Shown here: in pieces, positions 55,759 to 63,209 of the stretch | How the letters are laid out: the number at the start of each line of letters is the position of its first letter | Numbering within the stretch: the first letter of the stretch is position 1 | Notes under the pieces: model-generated | Databases searched by the model: none | What the model was told of the DNA's origin: nothing | The model's input: only the letters and a program-made list of their open reading frames with translations | Translations under genes and position numbers: made by a program | Assembly (NCBI GenBank): GCA_038062895.1 | Contig: JBBTWJ010000005.1 | Location: forward strand, 3,715 to 67,714 | DNA: 64,000 nucleotides | Origin: Patescibacteria group bacterium | GTDB taxonomy: Bacteria; Patescibacteriota; Microgenomatia; UBA10105; UBA927 | Direction of reading: 5' to 3'

Positions 55759-56862
55759 CTAGATTTTGTGTGTCTGTTTCAAATATTGCACGTAATCAAT
55801 GTACGTTTTTTTCGCTATTTGCTGCTGCACTAAACTTTGACTTTTGACTTTTGACTTTTGACTTTTGACGAGCGCTTCTGTCGTCTCCCACACAAACCCG
55901 TCGCTGCCGGCTCCCGATCCGTAGGACACCATAAAAATCTTCTCTCCGGGTTTGGCGATATCCAATACCGCGGCAAGCCCCATCATGGTAGAAGCTGAAT
56001 AGGGATTTCCAATGGTGTCCACGACAAGTGAGGGCAGTATCTGATCAGGCGTAAACCCTAAGCGCTTCGCTGCGTCCCGGGGAAATCTCCCGTTGGGCAT
56101 ATGAAAAACACAATAGTCAATATCAGAAGGTTTACACTGAACCTTTTCAAAAAGGCGACGTGCGGCCCCTATAACATGCGCAAAATATGCCGGCTCTCCG
56201 GTGAACCTCCCTGCATGAGATGGATAGGCCACACCATCACGTCGCCAAAAGTCCGGCGTGTCCGAAGAATAGGAAGTGTAGGCAAGAAGTTTTGCAACGA
56301 TAGGTTTAGTTGTTCCTTGGGGATCAATTTTCTTGCGGCCGCTTTTGTTTTGATCCTCATCTCCTTTTCCCATTAAAAACGCGGCTCCGGCGGCGGCGGA
56401 CGTGTATTCCAACACGTCGTGGGGTTTGCTTTGGGCCGTATCAGCACCCACGGCCATACCATAGCGCATATGACCGGATCCCACGAGCCCTGCGATTGCC
56501 TGCATCCCCGCGGTCCCCGCTTTACAGGCAAACTCAAAATCTGCCGCCAGATAATTATTTCCTACGCCAAGAAGTTCTCCGACAATCGTGGACGTTGGAT
56601 TAACCGCATACGGATGACTTTCTGATCCCACAAATAGAGCTTCTATAGACTGGGGACTTAGCCCCTCTACTCCGCTCAAGGCGCTTCGGGCGGCTTCAAG
56701 GGCTATCGTCACTGCGTCCTCGTCTGGAGCCTGTACGGATTTTTCCGTAACGAGAAGCGATGAAGTGACGTCCTGTCCGTCCTTTTTCCACGCAGCAGCG
56801 ATATCGCTTAGACGGATGCGGTACTGCGGAATATAGGTGCCGTATGAAACAATTCCTACCAT
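55759..56862 (-). CDS. mvaS: HMG-CoA synthase (archaeal-type)
   Basis: GSESHPYAV, EFACKAGT, RFTGEPAYF, SYGSGAGSD. Confidence 0.95.
   Translation of the reverse strand: MVGIVSYGTYIPQYRIRLSDIAAAWKKDGQDVTSSLLVTEKSVQAPDEDAVTIALEAARSALSGVEGLSPQSIEALFVGSESHPYAVNPTSTIVGELLGVGNNYLAADFEFACKAGTAGMQAIAGLVGSGHMRYGMAVGADTAQSKPHDVLEYTSAAAGAAFLMGKGDEDQNKSGRKKIDPQGTTKPIVAKLLAYTSYSSDTPDFWRRDGVAYPSHAGRFTGEPAYFAHVIGAARRLFEKVQCKPSDIDYCVFHMPNGRFPRDAAKRLGFTPDQILPSLVVDTIGNPYSASTMMGLAAVLDIAKPGEKIFMVSYGSGAGSDGFVWETTEALVKSQKSKVKSQSLVQQQIAKKTYIDYVQYLKQTHKI
55834..55869. repeat. ACTTTTG heptamer array in frame in HMG-CoA synthase
   Basis: 4 perfect units; encodes KSQKSKVKSQS. Confidence 0.88.
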
Positions 56863-56867
56863 ATATT

Positions 56868-56999
56868 TAAATCCAAAATCCTAATTTCTAAATTCTAAAC
56901 AATATCAAAATTCAAATATCCAATGCTCTAAACTGTTTTGTATTTTGAATTTTGGTCATTTGAATTTATTTTGAATTTAGGATTTAGTGCTTAGAGCTT
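56868..56999. repeat. AAATTCT/AGAATTT-type heptamer-array hairpin
   Basis: AAATCCA AAATCCT AATTTCT AAATTCT..GAATTTAG GATTTAG TGCTTAG; supplies SSKH-stop of HMGR. Confidence 0.8.
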
Positions 57000-58147
57000 C
57001 CGCGCGCAAGACGTTGATGCGCGCGGGCTAAGGTTCCCTCCGACAACGACGCAAGAAGTGAAATTTCACCAGCGAGTACGGCGGCTGCAATAATCTCCGC
57101 AAGCCGTTGAGCGTTTTTCCCATTATCCCCACCGGCAACGCCAAGAATGTTCAAGGCTTCTTTTTGTGTCCCAAGCCCTGTCCCGCCACCAACCGTCCCG
57201 ACCATAAGATCCGGGAGACATACATTGATATATACATCGTGACCATCAACTACTTCCATCGTCGTTATCCCCACGCTACACTCTCCCACGTGTCCGAGGT
57301 CTTGCCCTGTCGCCAAAAACATCGCCGCGATAACGTTGGCGTATTGGGCGTTAAATCCCATGGATCCGCTTATCGCGCTTCCGATCATACATTTAGCGAG
57401 CCATACTTCATAAACCTTTTGTGCCGTTGTTTTAAGAACATTTTTAAGAACACTCGCAGGAATAGTCACTTCTGCCCACACCTTGATCCCGCGATTTTCT
57501 ATGAAGTTAAGCCACGCGGATTTTTTGTCTATGTCAAAATTCCCGGCAAGTGAAAGGCATTTCACCCCGGTTTCCTCTTCGATATATGAGGCAAGAGCGT
57601 CGCTTGCTATTGTTGCCATGTTCATGCCCATAGCATCCTCGGTGTCAAACGTAAATCGCACAAACCGATATCTCCCAACCCCACGGGTCAACAACTTCTT
57701 TAACGTTATATGACGTGATGTTTTGGCGGCTACCTCCTGTAGATCATTCAAGTGCTCATTCAAAAATTTATATAAACGGTCGCTCTGTGCAAGATCTTTC
57801 ACTTTAAATACCGGACCCCGTGTCGCTCCCACCCGATGACTATCAACCGTCGACCCACCGCTTTCGGTGATCGCTTTACACCCCCGGCTCACGGAAGCGA
57901 CGAGAGCGCCTTCGGTCGTGGCGAGGGGAATATACCCACTGAAAACTTTAAACTTTAAACTTTTAACTTTGAGGGGGCCGGCGATACCTAGTGGGACTTG
58001 TGCCGCTCCGACCATGTTTTCGCAGTTTTTCGTTGATGCAACGGACTGGTCCAGAGTAAAGCTGCCGATGTTGATTAAATCAACCTTCAACTGTTTCTCC
58101 AGGGCGCTTCTGCGGTCCGTAACTGTTTTGTAATCACGAAGATTCAT
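56984..58147 (-). CDS. hmgA: HMG-CoA reductase, class I (NADPH)
   Basis: CENMVG, PLATTEGALVAS..RG, DAMGMNM, ATGQD, GTVGGGT. Confidence 0.95.
   Translation of the reverse strand: MNLRDYKTVTDRRSALEKQLKVDLINIGSFTLDQSVASTKNCENMVGAAQVPLGIAGPLKVKSLKFKVFSGYIPLATTEGALVASVSRGCKAITESGGSTVDSHRVGATRGPVFKVKDLAQSDRLYKFLNEHLNDLQEVAAKTSRHITLKKLLTRGVGRYRFVRFTFDTEDAMGMNMATIASDALASYIEEETGVKCLSLAGNFDIDKKSAWLNFIENRGIKVWAEVTIPASVLKNVLKTTAQKVYEVWLAKCMIGSAISGSMGFNAQYANVIAAMFLATGQDLGHVGECSVGITTMEVVDGHDVYINVCLPDLMVGTVGGGTGLGTQKEALNILGVAGGDNGKNAQRLAEIIAAAVLAGEISLLASLSEGTLARAHQRLARGSSKH
57944..57970. repeat. AACTTTW heptamer array in frame in HMGR
   Basis: 4 units; encodes KVKSLKFKV. Confidence 0.85.
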
Positions 58148-58761
58148 AAAAACGGTACTCGAAATATTCCCAACCGGTACATCCCCCAACTCCAAACTCC
58201 CATAACCGGACCGACTACACCAACAACTGCCAAAATCCGCCAAAGATCAAGCTTGAGTCCGAACCGGAGCGTAAGATACCCAAGCGTCAGCTTCCAAAAA
58301 AAGAGTGTCGTGCTCACGACCAGAAATAACACGCTAAACCCCGTGCCCGCAATACTCGCGGTCCTTGGTGGGGGCAGCAATATATAGAGAAGCGAGGTCA
58401 TAAAAAACCAACAAACCGTGGGAAGCATCGTATATCCCCAACCAACCGCAATTCCTTTCATTGTCCCCTTCCCGCCGAACTGCTTCCCCACAAGCCAAAC
58501 CACACAGACAACAAGCATATAGGTCACCAGTGCGGCGACGGCCAGCACGACCGCGTGCTTAGAGAGAAGAAAGGGTCGAAACGCTGCGACTTTGACCAGG
58601 CTTGCAAGAGAAAAGTAGACGATGGCCAACGCTGCGACATACACAAGCTCCCACGCGCCTCCCTTGCCTACAACCTTGCGATACGTTTCGTATGGACGGA
58701 CTACGAGACCAATGGTGGTACGACCAAATGCGATACCGGACATGATGAGCTGATCAAGCAT
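58144..58761 (-). CDS. YIP1-like membrane protein
   Basis: RPYETYR, multiple TM, WGYTMLP. Confidence 0.75.
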   Translation of the reverse strand: MLDQLIMSGIAFGRTTIGLVVRPYETYRKVVGKGGAWELVYVAALAIVYFSLASLVKVAAFRPFLLSKHAVVLAVAALVTYMLVVCVVWLVGKQFGGKGTMKGIAVGWGYTMLPTVCWFFMTSLLYILLPPPRTASIAGTGFSVLFLVVSTTLFFWKLTLGYLTLRFGLKLDLWRILAVVGVVGPVMGVWSWGMYRLGIFRVPFL

Positions 58762-58817
58762 AGTATGAAAAAGTAGTGGTATGAAGTTAGTCGAAGGATA
58801 AGGGCTAAAACCCGCGG

Positions 58818-59048
58818 TTAAAATCCTCTTTGGAGGAGAGTAACAAGAAGGGTGATGGTTGAACCGATCAGGAAGTACAGGATAAGCACACATGCCGCAG
58901 CCGACAAAACAAAATACGGCCATGGCATAACTTTCAGCCTGCGGATAAACGATTTATAGACAGGCGTGAACGGTCCCAACGTCTGTGGGGGGAGGTCTAC
59001 AACCTGCTCCCAACGGGTAAGAAATTTTTTGTAGGTGACGTCTTTCAT
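58818..59048 (-). CDS. Small membrane protein (possible anti-sigma factor)
   Basis: Directly downstream of ECF sigma; C-terminal TM. Confidence 0.6.
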   Translation of the reverse strand: MKDVTYKKFLTRWEQVVDLPPQTLGPFTPVYKSFIRRLKVMPWPYFVLSAAACVLILYFLIGSTITLLVTLLQRGF

Positions 59049-59056
59049 GATTTTGA

Positions 59057-59122
59057 CGTCATTCTGGAAGCCGAAGGCTGATAGAATCTCCAGGGGATCC
59101 TATCGCTTCGCTCCAGGATGAC
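59057..59122. repeat. CGTC-tagged REP-like doublet
   Basis: CGTCATTCTGGAAGCCGAAGGCTGATAGAATCTC..GGATCCTATCGCTTCGCTCCAGGATGAC. Confidence 0.75.
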
Positions 59123-59126
59123 ATTT

Positions 59127-59666
59127 TTAAATAGAAAGGAATGCTTCTACGAACGCTTTTCTCGCTCGAAACAGTTGCGACTCTGCGCTTTTAAAGCTTA
59201 TGGTAAGTTTTTCTGCAATTTCTGAAACGCTAAATCCATCTGCGTATTTGAGAACGAGAACACTCTTATACATCGGCAGAAGCCGACCCAAGGCTCTATA
59301 AATTTTCTCCCGAAGCAGGCTCGCATCAAGCTCTTCCTCCGGTCCTAAAAGCGGAGCTACAAATGATTCAAGTTGCGGCACCGCAGAAAACACGACGTGA
59401 CGGATTTTCTTTCTCCTATACCAGTCAATCACCTTGTGGCTTGCGATCGCGTAAAGAAACGTCTTGAGCTTGGACGCTCCGGTAAAATCACGGATGGCCT
59501 CAAGAAACCCAAAAAGCGCATCTTGCAACACCTCTTCGGCATCATCGGGGTTGGCAATCTTCGCGCGGATAAAGAGACGAAGCTTCGGGGTATACATCCG
59601 GTAAAATACCGAAAGTGCCTGGCGATCGTGCGCGAGGATTTGAGTAATGAGTTCCTGGTCATTCAT
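59127..59666 (-). CDS. ECF RNA polymerase sigma factor
   Basis: DAEEVLQD, TFLYAIA..DWYR, SVSEIA..SQLFRARK. Confidence 0.92.
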   Translation of the reverse strand: MNDQELITQILAHDRQALSVFYRMYTPKLRLFIRAKIANPDDAEEVLQDALFGFLEAIRDFTGASKLKTFLYAIASHKVIDWYRRKKIRHVVFSAVPQLESFVAPLLGPEEELDASLLREKIYRALGRLLPMYKSVLVLKYADGFSVSEIAEKLTISFKSAESQLFRARKAFVEAFLSI

Positions 59667-59697
59667 GAATTGAATGCAAAACGACTAAAAGACTATA

Positions 59698-60648
59698 TCA
59701 TGCTTGGCGGTTGAGCGCAAAACTTGCAAAGTCAGTAAGAAGCGCTCCCATGCCGACAGACGCATGAATCGCTTGGGTCGCCTGAGCCGTCTGCTTTCCA
59801 AGCTTCTTGGCCTGTGTGCGGAAAGCGTCCTCACCAACTTCACCATCAAGGAAATCATCGCGCAGTTGATATGCCTCTCCCACCGCCAGGCCGTACGGTA
59901 CAAACGATTCGAGCGTTTTCTCATCCGACCCGGCGATGCTCGCTCCGATCTGAAGAGGCCGGACGACGCTGTACCAAGCAGTTTTATAACGGTTAATCGT
60001 TGCCCTGTCGGCGCTGGGCAATCCAGCGGAGGCCAACACATCCAGGCTCTGACCCAAAATCACCTCTTGTTTCATTTTCTGATAATTTACCCACACGCTC
60101 GACCAATTCCGGGAATCCTTTGGATTCCCGGAATTAACGGCCCGGTTCATCAGTTCATCCGCCCACGCCAATGCGAGGTCGCCGGCGAGGATAGCCATGC
60201 TCTCGCCGAAACGCGAACTCCCCATCCGATTCCGGGAATCCAAAGGATTCCCGGAATCTAGCGCAACCTGCTTAAACTTTTCATGAACAGTGGGACTGCC
60301 GCGGCGCATCGCATCTTCGTCAATAATATCGTCATGGATGAGAGCAAACGACTGAAATAGTTCAATTCCCATCATGGCAGAGAGCACGTTGTCATCCCCG
60401 ACCCGATCGGGGATCCAGGTATTGCGCTGGATTCCCGCGTGCGCGGGAATGACAGACTGGTGCCCCAGCCATACCAGAAACGCCCGGGTCCGCTTGCCGC
60501 CGCGGGAGGTGAGATCGGCTATTTGGTCAACGAGTTGTATGGTCTGCGGATGGATGTTTTTCGCTTCACTGTGTTTGGTCGTAAAAAAGTGTTGAAGTTC
60601 ATGATCGACGTTCTTCTTGACATCATGAAGGGCTGTAGTGAGATCCAT
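59698..60648 (-). CDS. Polyprenyl (GGPP/FPP) synthase family protein with insertions and shortened C-terminus
   Basis: GGKRTR, LIHDDIID..RRG, GQSLD, YKTA, YQLRDDFLD. Confidence 0.85.
   Translation of the reverse strand: MDLTTALHDVKKNVDHELQHFFTTKHSEAKNIHPQTIQLVDQIADLTSRGGKRTRAFLVWLGHQSVIPAHAGIQRNTWIPDRVGDDNVLSAMMGIELFQSFALIHDDIIDEDAMRRGSPTVHEKFKQVALDSGNPLDSRNRMGSSRFGESMAILAGDLALAWADELMNRAVNSGNPKDSRNWSSVWVNYQKMKQEVILGQSLDVLASAGLPSADRATINRYKTAWYSVVRPLQIGASIAGSDEKTLESFVPYGLAVGEAYQLRDDFLDGEVGEDAFRTQAKKLGKQTAQATQAIHASVGMGALLTDFASFALNRQA
60105..60135. repeat. 31-bp palindrome within polyprenyl synthase ORF
   Basis: AATTCCGGGAATCC-TTT-GGATTCCCGGAATT. Confidence 0.9.
60228..60258. repeat. 31-bp palindrome within polyprenyl synthase ORF, opposite orientation
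   Basis: GATTCCGGGAATCC-AAA-GGATTCCCGGAATC. Confidence 0.9.
60391..60453. repeat. 63-bp inverted doublet of the CTGGATYCCC..GGGRATGAC palindrome, in frame
   Basis: Encodes VIPAHAGIQRNTWIPDRVGDD. Confidence 0.9.
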
Positions 60649-60671
60649 GGGAGAAGTATACCAAATTTCAT

Positions 60672-60706
60672 AAGGCCACCCCTTGCAAACGCCAAGGGGT
60701 GGCCTT
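60672..60706. repeat. 35-bp palindrome identical to 42773..42807
   Basis: Direct comparison. Confidence 0.9.
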
Positions 60707-60724
60707 GAAAAACACATTTGAACT

Positions 60725-60751
60725 CTGGATTCCCGCCGTCGCGGGAATGAC
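60725..60751. repeat. 27-bp palindrome, intergenic copy
   Basis: CTGGATTCCCGCCGTCGCGGGAATGAC. Confidence 0.9.
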
Positions 60752-60804
60752 AATTCTTCGCATATTGTTGACAGTCGCCTTCAGCTTTCCGTACACTTAT
60801 ACTC

Positions 60805-61113
60805 ATGGAGCGTATCTTTGCCGTCGACCTTCAAAATACATCACCAACGTTTAGCGCGTATCCCACGTTCGGGGCATTAGTCACCATCATCGTGCGCAAC
60901 TCATTCGTGCTGGCTGGCATCATAAGCTTCCTGCTTTTGGTTTTCGGAGGATTTAGCGTTATAATGGCAGCAGGATCTGGCGACACGAAGGAGCTTGAGA
61001 AAGGTCAAAAGACGATCACGTATGCGATCCTGGGACTTATTCTCGTCGTCACGTCGTACTGGATCGTCCAGATTATCGAAAAAGTGTCGGGTGTCAAACT
61101 TATCACACCATAA
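60805..61113 (+). CDS. VirB2/TrbC-like pilin
   Basis: GGFSVIMAAGSGD..KGQKTITYAILGL. Confidence 0.8.
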   Translation: MERIFAVDLQNTSPTFSAYPTFGALVTIIVRNSFVLAGIISFLLLVFGGFSVIMAAGSGDTKELEKGQKTITYAILGLILVVTSYWIVQIIEKVSGVKLITP

Positions 61114-61114
61114 T

Positions 61115-61492
61115 ATGTTCATGTTTACTTCTAAAATTTTTGCTCAAGGAAGCGCGGCAAACGACGTCGTCGGTAGTGTCACAAACCCCCTGGTGGCTTA
61201 CGGCAGCGTCACACAAGGGCTCATCCCGTTTTTTACCAATCTCATCCGCCTCATGTTTGTCGGAGCGGGTATATACGCCTTCATAAATTTCATTATTGCC
61301 GGATACCAGTATATGAGCGCGGGCGGCGATACCAAGGCGCTTGCTTCTGCCTGGGCGCGCATTTGGCAATCTCTGTTGGGGCTCGTCATCATCGTAGGTT
61401 CGTTTGCCCTGGCGGCACTTTTTGGATATCTTATATTCGGCAACGCGGGCTTTATTCTTAATCCGGTCATTTATGGACCGGGAGACAAATAA
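61115..61492 (+). CDS. VirB2/TrbC-like pilin
   Basis: AGYQYMSAGGD..AWARIWQSLLGL. Confidence 0.8.
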   Translation: MFMFTSKIFAQGSAANDVVGSVTNPLVAYGSVTQGLIPFFTNLIRLMFVGAGIYAFINFIIAGYQYMSAGGDTKALASAWARIWQSLLGLVIIVGSFALAALFGYLIFGNAGFILNPVIYGPGDK

Positions 61493-61494
61493 CT

Positions 61495-61884
61495 ATGAAG
61501 GTGTTTGCTTCAGAACCACTTGGAACAATCGGGGGCGAGGGACTGGGACCCTGGGGCTTAATCGGAAAAAACCTTAGCGCTGATAACGGTGTTGCCGGAT
61601 TAAGAGCAGTTACCGCAACAATTTCCGGGGTCATCGGCGTCATGACGGTGGCTGCCGGCATCTGGTTTATCTTCCAAGTCCTCATCGGAGGCTTTTACTG
61701 GATCACATCAGCAGGCGACAAAACGAAACTCAATGAAGCACGCGACCGCATACAAAATGCGGCAATCGGACTCGTCGTCGTCGTCGCAGGATGGTCGATC
61801 CTCGCGCTCGCCGGACAATTCTTGGGGTACGATATTGTCATCAGCAATCCCGGAGAAGTAATAAAACAATTAAAAATACAATAA
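61495..61884 (+). CDS. VirB2/TrbC-like pilin
   Basis: GGFYWITSAGDK..ARDRIQNAAIGL. Confidence 0.82.
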   Translation: MKVFASEPLGTIGGEGLGPWGLIGKNLSADNGVAGLRAVTATISGVIGVMTVAAGIWFIFQVLIGGFYWITSAGDKTKLNEARDRIQNAAIGLVVVVAGWSILALAGQFLGYDIVISNPGEVIKQLKIQ

Positions 61885-61893
61885 CAATTTACT

Positions 61894-61920
61894 CTGGATT
61901 CCCGCCTGCGCGGGAATGAC
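61894..61920. repeat. 27-bp palindrome, intergenic copy
   Basis: CTGGATTCCCGCCTGCGCGGGAATGAC. Confidence 0.9.
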
Positions 61921-61924
61921 ACAC

Positions 61925-62266
61925 ATGAATCGAACACTAGCTCAGCTTATCAATCCCGTCATCCCGGAGATCATCGGCAAGGGACCAGTCGAAAAAGGAA
62001 GTGTCGCCATCGGCATACTCCTCACACAAGTATTTAGCGCGCTTTTTTTATTCGCATTCATCACCGCATTTTTATATCTCATCACCGGAGCCATGCATTG
62101 GATCACAAGCGGTGGAGACAAAACCAAGCTTGAGGAAGCGAGAAACCGCATCATCCACTCAATCGTCGGCATCATCGTGGTGGCCTCATCATGGGCGATT
62201 ATCACGCTTATTGGTCAATTTATCGGATTGGATCTTGAAAATCTTCCGATCCCGACGATCAAATAG
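61925..62266 (+). CDS. VirB2/TrbC-like pilin
   Basis: GAMHWITSGGDK..ARNRIIHSIVG. Confidence 0.82.
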   Translation: MNRTLAQLINPVIPEIIGKGPVEKGSVAIGILLTQVFSALFLFAFITAFLYLITGAMHWITSGGDKTKLEEARNRIIHSIVGIIVVASSWAIITLIGQFIGLDLENLPIPTIK

Positions 62267-62354
62267 ACCTAACCGTCTATTGACAAACAGCGTCCATTTG
62301 CAGAACAATAAGAAAGAGGATATAATCGATACTAGCTGATAAAGGAGGATCCAT

Positions 62355-62699
62355 ATGTTTGAACAAATTTTTGCCGCAGGAGAACCAACAATAACAATTT
62401 CCCGGGACAGAGCACAGTTTTTCAAAATCCAAAATTTGGGCGAGCTCATCAGTGCCGCTGTGGGCGCACTCTTGGTCATTGCCGCTCTCCTTGCGTTTTT
62501 CTTTCTTATCCTGGGTGGCATCCAGTGGATCACCTCCGGTGGAGATAAAACCGGCATGGAAGCAGCCCGCAATAAAATTACTCACGCCGTCGTGGGTCTC
62601 GTGATCGTCGGAGCCGCTTGGGCCATCATGATCCTCGTCCAGAACTTCCTGGGCGTCACGATCATCGGCGACACACTTACGCTTCCCAAGCCATTCTAA
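62355..62699 (+). CDS. VirB2/TrbC-like pilin (strong RBS, possible major subunit)
   Basis: GGIQWITSGGDK..ARNKITHAVVGL; AAGGAGG RBS. Confidence 0.85.
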   Translation: MFEQIFAAGEPTITISRDRAQFFKIQNLGELISAAVGALLVIAALLAFFFLILGGIQWITSGGDKTGMEAARNKITHAVVGLVIVGAAWAIMILVQNFLGVTIIGDTLTLPKPF

Positions 62700-62787
62700 C
62701 AACTACGTGATGGGTGAATGAGGGATGAGTCAATACCATAACACTTCTGGACTTTGTTCTATAAACCCGCGATAATACAAGTATCGT

Positions 62788-63177
62788 ATGACTCGCAAAG
62801 CGTTTCCCTCATTCTATTATTCTCTTATTCCATTATTCGTTTATTTCTTTATTAGCTTGTCGCCCGTCAATGCCGCCCCGTGGGGCGGGTGTGTCATTGA
62901 GGAGGCGGCAACCCTCCAGTGTCTCGTCCCCATGTTTGAGCGCATCGTGCAGGGAATTCTTGCACTCTCCGGCGTTGCGCTCTTTGTGATGCTGGTCATC
63001 GGCGGATACAATTTTCTCCTCTCGGGAGGCGACCAAAAAAAGCTCGAGACGGCCCGTAGCACAATCACCACGGCGATCTTGGGGCTCGTGATCATGGTGA
63101 TTGCCTACCTCATCATCAAAACCATCGCAAACTTTACCGGTGTCCAGTCCGTCACTCAATTTAATATTCCGCAGTAG
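62788..63177 (+). CDS. VirB2/TrbC-like pilin with Cys pair
   Basis: C..ATLQCL, GGYNFLLSGGDQKK..AR.TIT.AILGL. Confidence 0.8.
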   Translation: MTRKAFPSFYYSLIPLFVYFFISLSPVNAAPWGGCVIEEAATLQCLVPMFERIVQGILALSGVALFVMLVIGGYNFLLSGGDQKKLETARSTITTAILGLVIMVIAYLIIKTIANFTGVQSVTQFNIPQ

Positions 63178-63209
63178 AAATAGAAACAAAGAGTGCCTAT
63201 ACTTATCGT

